Source: Candidatus Bathycorpusculum acidaminoxidans (lineage in GTDB: Archaea; Thermoproteota; Bathyarchaeia; Bathyarchaeales; Bathycorpusculaceae). From it: a DNA stretch of 38,825 nucleotides. A program made the translations under genes and the position numbers. The stretch spans positions 1-38,825 of the forward strand of contig WQTO01000212.1 of the NCBI GenBank assembly GCA_009786255.1, given 5' to 3'. Below are positions 10,932 to 20,571 of the stretch, piece by piece. The stretch's first letter is position 1. Every line of letters starts with the position of its first letter. Below the pieces are notes generated by a model that was given only the letters and a program-made list of their open reading frames with translations, did not search any database and had not been told where the DNA came from.

Positions 10932-11600
10932 ATGAAAGTAGTAGCTTCGTGGAGTGGCGGTAAAGATAGCGCTTATGCGTTACATTTGGCAAAGCAGCAG
11001 GGACATAGGATTATTAGTCTTTTTACTATGATGTCAAGTAAGGGGAAGTCAAAATTTCACATGTTACACTCAGAGCTTTTAGAAGCGCAAGCAAAGGCTA
11101 TAGGTATACCTTTGATTAAAAAACAAACAGATAATGACACCTATGAGCAGGATTTTAAGGCGGTTCTTGCGGAGTTAAAAACTATGGGTGTGGAGGGTCT
11201 GGTTACAGGTGATATTTGTGCAGTTGCAGGGCATGAGGAGGGTTGGTTGGATCGTGTTTGTAAGGAAATGGAGTTAAAACCAATTAGACCCTTATGGTTG
11301 ATGAGTGATACAAAACAGATTTATCTCAATTATTTAGAAGTCGGGTTTAGAGCAACAGTTATACGTGTTAATCTTTGTAAACTTGGTATAGAATGGCTTG
11401 GGCGTGTGCTTGATAGACAATTTTATGAGGACATTCTCAAGCTTGATAACATTGATCCTTGTGGTGAAGGCGGCGAGTATCATACTGTGGTAACAGATGG
11501 GCCATATTTTAAAAAGAAAGTTAAAATTCTAGAAGCAGAGAAACATAATATTGAGGGTAACTTTGGTTATTTAGAAGTTAAAGACTTCACGTTAGAATAA
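10932..11600 (+). CDS. DUF71/COG2102 (diphthine--ammonia ligase-like) PP-loop ATP pyrophosphatase
   Basis: SWSGGKDS PP-loop, TGDI, PLW and DPCGEGGEYHT motifs; first gene of the cob run. Confidence 0.9.
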   Translation: MKVVASWSGGKDSAYALHLAKQQGHRIISLFTMMSSKGKSKFHMLHSELLEAQAKAIGIPLIKKQTDNDTYEQDFKAVLAELKTMGVEGLVTGDICAVAGHEEGWLDRVCKEMELKPIRPLWLMSDTKQIYLNYLEVGFRATVIRVNLCKLGIEWLGRVLDRQFYEDILKLDNIDPCGEGGEYHTVVTDGPYFKKKVKILEAEKHNIEGNFGYLEVKDFTLE

Positions 11601-11619
11601 AAGGAAGAAGGGTAAACGT

Positions 11620-12720
11620 ATGAAAACAAACTTTGATATTATATTAGCTCATAATAAAGTAAAAGCAGAAGCTTTTCTCTTAGAAATTGAAGATAAAAAC
11701 CCTCTTTTCATTGCAACCATTGCCACGACAGAAACAGGCAAAATTCCGGGATTATCAGCGGCAGGTCAAAATCCGGATTTTACAGACTTTACACCGCCTG
11801 CAGATGCGGAATTGCTTCTTTTAGGCAAATGTAAATCCATTCAAGGGGTACCTATAACGCCAGATGGTATTCCAACGCCGGGTTTGATAGCAATGTCAGC
11901 ATTAAACCTTGCAGATATTCCTGTGGTAATTGTTAATGCTGGGTGTAAAGTTAAACCTCAAGTGCCCTTTATCGAGCTAGGGGGTAATTCAGGGCGGGAC
12001 ATTCGAAGTGGTAACTCTGTTGATAATGTTGAAGAAGTTATCGAACGCGCTAAAACTGCGGGACATCAGCTTGCGAAAACCTCTGATTATCTAGTTATAG
12101 GCGAGAGTATTCCAGGGGGAACTACGACAGCTCTTGGCTTACTCTCAGCTTTAGGTGTGAACGCGACAGGAAAAGTAAGCAGTACTCTGCCCTTAAATCC
12201 CCATGACCTCAAAGTAGATGTTGTGCAGACGGGTCTTAAGGCGGCGGGAGAAAAATTTGGCAGTTTAAATAATAATCCTATAAAGGCGGTTAGTTGCGTG
12301 GGTGATCCTATGATGCCGGCGTTAGCAGGGTTAGCTATGGGCGCAGCAAATCAAGTGCCTGTTCTACTAGCGGGAGGGACTCAGATGACTGCTGTGTTAG
12401 CATTAATTAACGCGTTAAATCCTGATGTTCTCTGCAACATTGCCGTTGGCACAACGCGTTGGGTAACCAATGATACAACATCAGACATTAGGGGCATAAT
12501 AAATCAATTTTGTGAGGTTCCCATTTTAGCAGCAGATCTAAATTTTGGCAGCTCTAAATTTCCAGGACTTCAAATATATGAGACAGGTCTTGTAAAAGAA
12601 GGTGTAGGTGCAGGTGGAGCTTCAATTGCAGCTATGGCAAAAATGGGTAACGCAGTAAACAAAGAGTTACTCCTTAAAGCTATTGAACGTAACTATTCAG
12701 TATTAATGTCAATGAAGTGA
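11620..12720 (+). CDS. cobT: Archaeal-type nicotinate-nucleotide:lower-ligand phosphoribosyltransferase (TIGR00303-like CobT)
   Basis: IPGLSAAG, TPPADAE, GESIPGGTTTALG, GDPM, LAGGTQM and VKEGVGAGG motifs. Confidence 0.92.
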   Translation: MKTNFDIILAHNKVKAEAFLLEIEDKNPLFIATIATTETGKIPGLSAAGQNPDFTDFTPPADAELLLLGKCKSIQGVPITPDGIPTPGLIAMSALNLADIPVVIVNAGCKVKPQVPFIELGGNSGRDIRSGNSVDNVEEVIERAKTAGHQLAKTSDYLVIGESIPGGTTTALGLLSALGVNATGKVSSTLPLNPHDLKVDVVQTGLKAAGEKFGSLNNNPIKAVSCVGDPMMPALAGLAMGAANQVPVLLAGGTQMTAVLALINALNPDVLCNIAVGTTRWVTNDTTSDIRGIINQFCEVPILAADLNFGSSKFPGLQIYETGLVKEGVGAGGASIAAMAKMGNAVNKELLLKAIERNYSVLMSMK

Positions 12721-13484
12721 CAAACTTGGTAATTAGAGAATTTAAAAATCTTTTATCTTTTCTTACGGTTTTGCCAGTTAAAATGGATAATAACATGTTA
12801 TCTGACTGTGCGCGGTACATGTTTGCTTTCCCTTTAATTGGCGCGTTTATTGGTCTTATAGCAGGCGTTTTCGGTTGGGCTATGTATCAAGTTTTACCAG
12901 GTATTGTTGTTGGCGGGTTAATTACTGCTGTGCTGTTATGGCTTACGGGTCTGCATCACACTGACGGCTTACTTGACTTTGGTGACGGCGTTATGGTTCA
13001 CGGCACGCCTGAACGTAAAATTGAGGTTATGCATGATCAACTTACAGGCGCAGGAGGCTTAGCCCTTGGTATTCTAACAATGTTAATAACTGCATTAACG
13101 GTTGGGCAAATTGAGTCTAGTATTATCATACCGGCAATTATTGTTGTTGAGGTCTCAGCAAAATTTTCAATGGTAGTTATGGCGCGGATGGGAAAAGCAA
13201 CACATCCGGGCATGAACACGTCTTTTCTCTCATTTATGCACGGAACACATGGCACCGCTCGCCTAATAGGTGGACTGCTAATTTCTTTAGCAATCGCACT
13301 GCCTCTGCTATGTTGGACAGGTGTAATAGTTATTTTTGCAGGAGTTTTAACCAGTTTAGTTATGACATTTATTGCACATAGAAACTTTAACGGTGTAACA
13401 GGCGATGTTTTTGGAGCCACAAACGAGCTAGCACGTCTGGTTTCACTTATCGTATTATTGGCGGTGATTTCCATATGGGTATAA
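12717..13484 (+). CDS. cobS: Cobamide synthase (adenosylcobinamide-GDP ribazoletransferase), copy 1
   Basis: FLTVLP, FPLIG, TGLHHTDGLLDFGDG, MHD...GAGG and GVTGDVFGATNE motifs; multi-TM; 4-bp overlap with cobT. Confidence 0.93.
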   Translation: MTNLVIREFKNLLSFLTVLPVKMDNNMLSDCARYMFAFPLIGAFIGLIAGVFGWAMYQVLPGIVVGGLITAVLLWLTGLHHTDGLLDFGDGVMVHGTPERKIEVMHDQLTGAGGLALGILTMLITALTVGQIESSIIIPAIIVVEVSAKFSMVVMARMGKATHPGMNTSFLSFMHGTHGTARLIGGLLISLAIALPLLCWTGVIVIFAGVLTSLVMTFIAHRNFNGVTGDVFGATNELARLVSLIVLLAVISIWV

Positions 13485-14095
13485 CAGCACTAGTTATGGC
13501 GGGTGGTAAAGGCTCACGTATGGGGCTATCTACCGAAAAACCAATGATACCCTTCAAAGGTAAACATTTAATTGATTATATCATAGCAGCAATTAACCAA
13601 TCAAAACAGGTTACAGCGTTTTACATAGTTACAAGCAGTAACACACCCAATACAGAGCAGCATTGTAAAAACATGGGCTGGAACATTCTTCACACGGACG
13701 CTAAAGGTTATCACGATGACCTCAGGCAGGCAGCACACAAAGCTAATTTGACAGGCCCAATTTTGACTATGCCCTCAGATGTACCTGCAATCACAGGCAA
13801 ATTCCTTGACAAAGTCGTCTGCGAGTTTGAACAATGTAACAAAGACTTTTTAGCAGTCTTTGTACCAATACAAAAACGCCTCGATTTAGGCTTATCAATA
13901 TCTAGCACAGACGAGTACAAAGGCGTATGGTATGCAGTATCAGGCATTAACATCATAAACGGAAAAAAAATCCACGAAAAAGGCAAAATTGAAACCAGTG
14001 CCATTATCACCGAAGAAATCGAAGTACTCCTAAACATCAACACACAAAAAGACATAGAAATAGCCAAAAAACTTTTGGATACCACTACTACATAA
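13475..14095 (+). CDS. cobY: Adenosylcobinamide-phosphate guanylyltransferase-like NTP transferase, copy 1
   Basis: ALVMAGGKGSRM..EKP, SDVP, GINII and NINT motifs; overlaps cobS. Confidence 0.85.
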   Translation: MGITALVMAGGKGSRMGLSTEKPMIPFKGKHLIDYIIAAINQSKQVTAFYIVTSSNTPNTEQHCKNMGWNILHTDAKGYHDDLRQAAHKANLTGPILTMPSDVPAITGKFLDKVVCEFEQCNKDFLAVFVPIQKRLDLGLSISSTDEYKGVWYAVSGINIINGKKIHEKGKIETSAIITEEIEVLLNINTQKDIEIAKKLLDTTTT

Positions 14096-14208
14096 TAATC
14101 TACCAGGCTCTTCAACAGTTATCAACTCTGGTCATGGCGAATAATTTTTAGAAGTTATCGATAGCATTAAATTTTCCAAAATTGTAGCATCTTTGAGGAT
14201 ATTGTTAG

Positions 14209-15222
14209 ATGTTAGCTGTCTTGATAGGGATTTTCGTACTTGTGTTAGCGGTACTTTTAGATTTAATTATAGGTGATCCTTCACCGTGGAAGCCGTGGAA
14301 ACGCATTTACAATTTACACCCCACTGTGTGGTTAGGGCAGTTAACAAAAAAGTTGGAACCTCATTTCAAAACACGTAACAACAAATTAGAGAAAATTAAC
14401 GGCATAATTCTTGCTCTAATAATCATCTGCGTAATAACTATTCCAACATATTTTGGGTTGCGTTATCTTTTCATTTCGCTTACCTACTTTCATATTGTTC
14501 TTGGAGCAGTTGTGTATCTAATTGTGGCTGCAGTGCTCTTCAAATTTACAATATGTATAAAGCTGGAAACAGATGGTGCAGTTGCAGTTGCAAAAGCCCT
14601 TGAAATAAATGACGTAGAAGAGGCAAAGAAATATGCTCATTTTAGCCGACGTGACGCCACAAATCTTACGGGTCCACAAATTGGTTCTGCTGTTATAGAG
14701 TCTATGGTTGAGAATTTAACTGATTTTAAACTTTCGCCCTTTCTTTTTTACGCGTTTTTTGGTTTGCCAGGTGCAGTAGCTTTTAGGGCTATAAACACTC
14801 TTGACGGTATGGTTGGATATAAAGATAAAGAACACATTAACACAGGCTGGTTCTCAGCAAACCTTGACAACTTGGTTAACTATATACCCTCACGTTTTAC
14901 AATGCTACTTATGATTATCTCAGCTGCTATTTTAGGGTATGATTACAAAGCAGCGTGGCAAATTGCTAAACGAGATCATAAACGTGTTCAAAGCCGGAAT
15001 CATGGATGGCAAATGGCCGCAATTGCAGGAGCTCTGCATATTCAATTAGAGAAACCTGGAAGATATACAGTCGGGGATTCAATAGAGGTAATTACACCTG
15101 ACAAAATTTTAAAATCTTTAAAAGTACGCGACTTATCCATAGTGCTATGCATACTCATGGTTATACCCATTATAGTGGTAATTGGACTCTATTTACCATT
15201 TCTTTGGGGTCTACCTCTGTAG
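14209..15222 (+). CDS. cbiB: Adenosylcobinamide-phosphate synthase (CbiB)
   Basis: DLIIGDP, HPTVWLG, RD, ESMVENLTD, RAINTLDGMVGY and AAIAGAL...LEKPG motifs. Confidence 0.93.
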   Translation: MLAVLIGIFVLVLAVLLDLIIGDPSPWKPWKRIYNLHPTVWLGQLTKKLEPHFKTRNNKLEKINGIILALIIICVITIPTYFGLRYLFISLTYFHIVLGAVVYLIVAAVLFKFTICIKLETDGAVAVAKALEINDVEEAKKYAHFSRRDATNLTGPQIGSAVIESMVENLTDFKLSPFLFYAFFGLPGAVAFRAINTLDGMVGYKDKEHINTGWFSANLDNLVNYIPSRFTMLLMIISAAILGYDYKAAWQIAKRDHKRVQSRNHGWQMAAIAGALHIQLEKPGRYTVGDSIEVITPDKILKSLKVRDLSIVLCILMVIPIIVVIGLYLPFLWGLPL

Positions 15223-15266
15223 CATTTTCATTAAGTTGCAGGTTCTTCAAGTTTAGCAGGGTTTTT

Positions 15267-15280
15267 CGAAAGCTTTAAAC
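15267..15280 (+). promoter_or_regulatory. Putative BRE + TATA promoter upstream of the class B radical SAM gene
   Basis: cgaaagc-tttaaac about 50 bp upstream of ATG 15325. Confidence 0.45.
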
Positions 15281-15324
15281 ATTTTGTATTCTGTATTGCA
15301 CCATACAGAGGCAAGGAAGAACAA

Positions 15325-16710
15325 ATGGGGCTTAACGTAACACTTGTAAATCCACCTTATCGAACTCGACCTCACCAGCATCCGCCCTTTCCACCGTTAG
15401 GTATAGGGTATTTAGCTGCGGTGCTAGAAAAAAACAATTTCAAAGTTGAGGTCATAGACTGTCAAGCATCGCGGTACACCTATGAGGATTACCAGCGTGA
15501 AATAACTAAACGGAAGCCTGATATTGTTGGTGTAACAGCTCCTACGAGACTATACAATTCTGCTAAAGAAATTCTCAAAATCAGCAAAGAAACCCATCCT
15601 GATACAGTAACTCTGCTTGGCGGGGCACATGCAACGTTTTGGAATGAGAAAGCCCTTCAAGAATGCCCCCAACTTGATGTTGTAGTACGCAAGGAAGGAG
15701 AATATACACTTTTAGAGCTTGTACAACGCTTAGAAGCAGGCAGAGACATAAACGATGTAGCGGGAACCACACAGAGAAAAAATGATAATTTCATTTTTAA
15801 CGTTGACCGGCCATATATTGAAAATCTCGATGAATTACCATTCCCTGCAAGACACCTCTGGGATCTTGAGACTATAAGAAAACAAGAAGACATGTTTTAT
15901 CTAATCACAACACGTGGATGCACTGCCTGGTGCAACTTTTGTGCAGCGGTACGCATGTTTGGACGAAAATACCGCATGCGAAGCATACAAAACGTTGTTG
16001 ACGAATTAGAATTTTTATACAAAACATACAATGCAGAAAACTTTACTTTCTGTGATGATGCCTTCACAGTAGATATGAAAAGAACCGAAGAGTTATGTGA
16101 AGAAATCAAAAAACGTGACTTAAAAATTAAATGGAACATGGGCACTCGCGTAGACAGAGTAAGTAGAGAGCTATTAACTAAAATGAAAGACGCGGGTTGC
16201 GTTTCAATGTGGTGTGGTCTTGAATCAGGCACTCAAGAAGTACTCAACGATATGCATAAAGGTATTTCAACAGACCAAACAAGAAAGGCATTAAAATGGG
16301 TCAGAGAGCTAAACCTAAAACCGACACCCAACGTACTGCTGGGTTATCCGGGTGAAACCATAGAGTCAGCTTTGAAATCAATAAAGTTCGCCGAAGAAGT
16401 AAGCCCCGACGAAATAGCTTACTACAACATAGCCACTCCTTATCCAGGCACACCAATGTATGAGGAAGTAATGAAAAACGGGTGGATACGAAACACCAAC
16501 TTTGACGACTATGATGCCACACAGCCAATATTTGAAACCCCACAACTTAGTATGCAAGATTTGCAAGCACTCTATGATTATGCATTTAAGAGCTTTTACA
16601 CACGTCCGGGCTATGTATTACGTATGTGGCGTAAAGGATTCAACACAGGCTACGCAGCAACAAAAAAATATTTCTATTTTAAACGTCAAAAAACCACTAT
16701 CAAAAAATAA
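15325..16710 (+). CDS. B12-binding (class B) radical SAM protein
   Basis: LVNPP, PPLGIGYLAAVLE, GGAHAT and EGEYT; TRGCTAWCNFC; DDAFT, TRVD, GLESG and TPYPGTPMY. Confidence 0.94.
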   Translation: MGLNVTLVNPPYRTRPHQHPPFPPLGIGYLAAVLEKNNFKVEVIDCQASRYTYEDYQREITKRKPDIVGVTAPTRLYNSAKEILKISKETHPDTVTLLGGAHATFWNEKALQECPQLDVVVRKEGEYTLLELVQRLEAGRDINDVAGTTQRKNDNFIFNVDRPYIENLDELPFPARHLWDLETIRKQEDMFYLITTRGCTAWCNFCAAVRMFGRKYRMRSIQNVVDELEFLYKTYNAENFTFCDDAFTVDMKRTEELCEEIKKRDLKIKWNMGTRVDRVSRELLTKMKDAGCVSMWCGLESGTQEVLNDMHKGISTDQTRKALKWVRELNLKPTPNVLLGYPGETIESALKSIKFAEEVSPDEIAYYNIATPYPGTPMYEEVMKNGWIRNTNFDDYDATQPIFETPQLSMQDLQALYDYAFKSFYTRPGYVLRMWRKGFNTGYAATKKYFYFKRQKTTIKK

Positions 16711-16777
16711 TTTTAACCCTAATTTCTCCTGATGAAAAAGAAATAGTTTTAAAAACAAAAAAAGAAAGAGGTGGGGT

Positions 16778-17461
16778 TTAATACTGCTTTCTTGCGGATA
16801 AACCATACCAAGACATGACTTTTGCAAGTATTGGCACAATTATACCTAGGGCAATGCTTGGCAAGAATGATATAAAGACTGCATAGCCTAATGGTCCAGC
16901 CCACAGGTCTATAGACATCTGCCTTGAGGGTGATAGTGCGTATTGGTTGTTCATGAATAACTGTATTATTGTAGTTGTCAGTGATGCAACTAAGCCTGCT
17001 CCGAGCATACGTTTAAAGTTTGTTGATCCGCCATTTAATGCACCTGCCATGTAACCAATGATTACTGCATTGACTAAGTAGAACAGCATTGCCATGTCGC
17101 CGAAGAAATTGTAAGTAAGATCAGGATTTGAGTAACGTATAGCATATGATAGATAGGAGCCAGTAGAGGTGCCTGCAACTGCTAGATAGTACATTCCGCC
17201 CATGATAAAGCCTGCTGCGCCGCCTGCCCATTTGTTCCATGTAAGACCAAGAATCAATGGTATGCCCAAGATAATCATTTGAGCAAAACCTTGCGTTAGA
17301 ATTACTGCAACTGTTGTTCCAAGTCCAGTGGAATTGCCAAATACATGGTATTCACCGTTTGGGTTAACGTAGACTGCAAGTACGAAGATTAGTAGCACTA
17401 GAATCATTGGTATAACAAAGCCGTAGAGAATATCCGATATTTTAAATCTTTCAGGTTCCAA
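16778..17461 (-). CDS. Uncharacterised multi-pass membrane protein (possibly ECF S-component-like)
   Basis: 227 aa with about 6 hydrophobic segments and IPLILGLTWNKWAGGAAGFIMG; TTG start. Confidence 0.7.
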   Translation of the reverse strand: MEPERFKISDILYGFVIPMILVLLIFVLAVYVNPNGEYHVFGNSTGLGTTVAVILTQGFAQMIILGIPLILGLTWNKWAGGAAGFIMGGMYYLAVAGTSTGSYLSYAIRYSNPDLTYNFFGDMAMLFYLVNAVIIGYMAGALNGGSTNFKRMLGAGLVASLTTTIIQLFMNNQYALSPSRQMSIDLWAGPLGYAVFISFLPSIALGIIVPILAKVMSWYGLSARKQY

Positions 17462-17588
17462 AGTTTTTCACTTTTTTTAAGCTTACTTTTAAGAACTAGT
17501 ACGTTTAGGCACATTAATAAAGATAATCCTTTTGTTATAGTGAGAACGGGAAATTAACATAAAAAAGCAGGCTTCAAACAGATATTGT

Positions 17589-19139
17589 CTACTTTTTAGA
17601 ACAGTAAACAACACCATTTAGAACAGTAAAACACACGAAAATACCATTTGTTTTATCATCTGTTATAGATTCTGGATTGTCGGATAGAACAACAAAATCG
17701 GCAAGTTTGCCCTGCTCAATAGAGCCTTTATCAACAATGTCTAAAAAAGTTGTTTGCGCCGCAGATGTAGTGTACATTTGTAAAGCTTCAAAAACAGACA
17801 CTTTTTGTACGCTCTCGCGTTTAACTGCTGCCTCAACTCCAAATAGTGGATTAAGAGGTTCCATGGGGCAATCAGATCCTGCAGAAACTAGAATACCATA
17901 ATTAAGCATCTCTTTTATAGGAAACAACCAGCGTACTCGTTTTTTACCTAAACGTTTTTCAGCTGCCCAAACAGAGAATTCGGAAGCAATCACGCAGGGT
18001 TGAACGGACACAGAGAGATCTAACTCTTTAATGCAATGCATTAACTGAGGAGTTAGAACAGCTGCTTGTTCTATGCGGGGGCGGGGAATTGCAGGGTTTC
18101 TATCGATATGTCTTGTTATGTTTATGGCTTCTTGGATGGCTGTATCGCCAACAGCGTGAATAACAAGTTGTAAACCAGAATTTTGAATTTTATTTGCAAG
18201 TGTAATCATTTCTTTTTGCTGGAAAAACAATTTTCTTTGATTGCCAGAGCTGTCACTGTATGGTTCAGACAGTGCAGCTGTTCTATCCGCTAAGTAGCCA
18301 TCTATGAAAAGTATGCAGCCGCCTAATTTAAAAAAACTATTTTCAAATGGTTTTAATTTTTGTAGTGCTAAATCAAGTAAATTCATTGGCACAATCAAGT
18401 AGACTCTTAGAGGTAAAGAGTCCGTTTCGACTAGTTTTTGAATAATTAATAGTTCTACTTCGGAGAGTACAATCCAGTGAACACTTGTTATGCCTAAATG
18501 AACAAAATTTTCCAAAGCTAACTTGGTGGTTTTGTAGAGTTCTTGCTGAGTAGGTTCGGGGATAATATTCCAAACAAAATTGGTAGCACTATCGCGTAGA
18601 ATCCCTGTTGGTTCACCTAAAGGGTCTCTTTCTATACCTAAATTGTTTTGCTGATGTATATTAGCAAGCTCAATGGCTTTACTGTTGACAACACAGACCT
18701 GTCCTGTCTGGCAGTAAAGCACTACGGGATTATTAGGAGCTGATATATCCAAGTCATGTCGCCAGGGCAGCTGCTTCTCTAAAAGTCCTTCAGGATTTAA
18801 AGCTCTACCTAAAACCCATTGGTCCTCACTAACATGTTTTACACGCTCAGATAGCAGAGTTTGAATGTCTTTAATTGAAAAAACTTTTTGGAGATCAAGC
18901 CAAGTTAACATTTTGGCATAATCAACAACATGAGCATGAGTATCAATAAACCCAGGCAGAACAGTTTTACCTTCAAGATAAATAACATGTGTTTTCTTGC
19001 CAATATGCGGTTTAACCTCTTTATTACTGCCAACGCAAGAAAGTCTATTACCTCTAACAGCTATAGCCTGTGCTAAGGGCATTTTAGAATTCATTGTTAT
19101 GATATTTCCATCGAGTAAAACCAAATCGGCAGGGGTCAC
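17589..19139 (-). CDS. Amidohydrolase family 3 (YtcJ-like) protein with atypical metal site
   Basis: PGFIDTHAH, PTGIL, GITSV, DG...RTAAL.EPY, IHAVGD, GSDCP, EALQMYT and GSIEQGKLADFVVL motifs. Confidence 0.9.
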   Translation of the reverse strand: MTPADLVLLDGNIITMNSKMPLAQAIAVRGNRLSCVGSNKEVKPHIGKKTHVIYLEGKTVLPGFIDTHAHVVDYAKMLTWLDLQKVFSIKDIQTLLSERVKHVSEDQWVLGRALNPEGLLEKQLPWRHDLDISAPNNPVVLYCQTGQVCVVNSKAIELANIHQQNNLGIERDPLGEPTGILRDSATNFVWNIIPEPTQQELYKTTKLALENFVHLGITSVHWIVLSEVELLIIQKLVETDSLPLRVYLIVPMNLLDLALQKLKPFENSFFKLGGCILFIDGYLADRTAALSEPYSDSSGNQRKLFFQQKEMITLANKIQNSGLQLVIHAVGDTAIQEAINITRHIDRNPAIPRPRIEQAAVLTPQLMHCIKELDLSVSVQPCVIASEFSVWAAEKRLGKKRVRWLFPIKEMLNYGILVSAGSDCPMEPLNPLFGVEAAVKRESVQKVSVFEALQMYTTSAAQTTFLDIVDKGSIEQGKLADFVVLSDNPESITDDKTNGIFVCFTVLNGVVYCSKK

Positions 19140-19262
19140 ATGTTTGTCTCCAAAACTAGTTAATAATTATTTATTGCTTATCAACTTAACTTTTTCCAAA
19201 AACTGTTTTACCGCAAAAACTTTTTTAAGAACAGACTTCTAGGTAGAATAGAGTATACAAGG

Positions 19263-20357
19263 ATGATTTTTATGGCAAAAAAGGGCCCTTTAATGATGAC
19301 CTCATGGAGAACTACAGGAGCATGCAATGCACGCTGTAGATACTGCAATGTAGACGCAACAGGCAAAAAAGCGGAGAAGGAATTAACAACCCAAGAAGCA
19401 TTAGATTTAGTTGACAAAGTCTACGATTTTGGTGTCAGCTGGTTTGGCCTTAAGGGCGGTGAACCACTTCTACGCAAGGATATTTTTGAAATAGTTAGTT
19501 ACGCAAAAAGTAAAGGCCTCAATGTGTGCCTTTTAACTAATGGCTGCTTTGTTGACGGCGAGATATATGATAATCTTGTTAAGAATCAAGTTTGGGGCTC
19601 TGTTAGCATTGACGGCCCAGAAGAAATTAATGATCAACTACGAGGTAAAGGGTCATATCAGAAGGCTATAGCGGCAATTGAAAAGCTTTCAACGGGAAAA
19701 ATTCTAAACGGTCTAGCTGCTGCTATAACTTCAATTAACTATAACAATTTAGATCATGTATGTGAATTAGCAGCGAAATATCATGCAAATTTTGTTTGGT
19801 TTAACCATTTAGTGCCTAGTGGTCGAGCAAAAGATCAAGCTGAAGATTTAAGTCCTACACCCGAGCAGTTAGAAGAAGCCTTAAACAAGATTTGGGATTT
19901 ATCAGTAAAATATGAGGGCATATTTGATATACATGTACACTGTCCCCATTTTGCACGGGTTGTAAAACAACGTAACATACCAAACTTTGATGAATGGTAC
20001 GAAAACAAATTTCATGGCAAATGTACCTATTTCGCGTTTGGAGGCTACATTAGCATAATTGAAAATGGCAACTTGATTCCCTGTTTCTATACAGATCTTC
20101 GTCCAATGGAACCTATGAATATAGGAAACATTCGAAATGATAAACCTCTACTAAAAGTTTGGGAGGAAATGAAAGTTTCACCTTACTATAGTAGTTTTAG
20201 GGATAGAGCCATTCTAAAAGGTAAATGTAGTGTTTGCGAATACCGAGACATCTGCGGCGGATGCAGAAACCGAGCATATGCCTTAACAGGAGACATTTAT
20301 GGACAAGACGATGCATGCGCATACATACCAAAAGTCATGCGTAAAAGCTCACCATAA
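19263..20357 (+). CDS. Radical SAM/SPASM protein (NirJ/AhbC-D/PqqE-like superfamily)
   Basis: CNARCRYC, GGEPLLR, TNG and VSIDG; C-terminal C..IPC..KGKCSVCEYRDICGGCRNRAY..C SPASM domain. Confidence 0.9.
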   Translation: MIFMAKKGPLMMTSWRTTGACNARCRYCNVDATGKKAEKELTTQEALDLVDKVYDFGVSWFGLKGGEPLLRKDIFEIVSYAKSKGLNVCLLTNGCFVDGEIYDNLVKNQVWGSVSIDGPEEINDQLRGKGSYQKAIAAIEKLSTGKILNGLAAAITSINYNNLDHVCELAAKYHANFVWFNHLVPSGRAKDQAEDLSPTPEQLEEALNKIWDLSVKYEGIFDIHVHCPHFARVVKQRNIPNFDEWYENKFHGKCTYFAFGGYISIIENGNLIPCFYTDLRPMEPMNIGNIRNDKPLLKVWEEMKVSPYYSSFRDRAILKGKCSVCEYRDICGGCRNRAYALTGDIYGQDDACAYIPKVMRKSSP

Positions 20358-20366
20358 CAAAAGAGA

Positions 20367-20391
20367 GGAGTAACAATTTTTACTCCATTTT
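20367..20391 (+). terminator. Stem-loop followed by T-run just after the SPASM rSAM stop
   Basis: ggagtaa (20367-20373) / ttactcc (20380-20386) perfect 7-bp stem, followed by atttt. Confidence 0.4.
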
Positions 20392-20571
20392 CCGTCTGTT
20401 ACAGCGATTTGTCAATCACTTTTTTATCGATAAGCAACATGACAATAACAAAAGATAGTTTTGTAAGAAAATATGTTTTCAGCTCTCAAGTCAGTTTTCA
20501 GCTTGGGAGAGAAGTAATAGAAACGTTATTATTGTAACAAAGGCATTCTAAAAACAATCAAGGAGATACAA

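Noticed and set aside
20358-20571. RiPP precursor peptide for the SPASM enzymes
   Set aside because: No convincing small ORF with a ribosome-binding site or precursor-like composition here or in 29252-29626.
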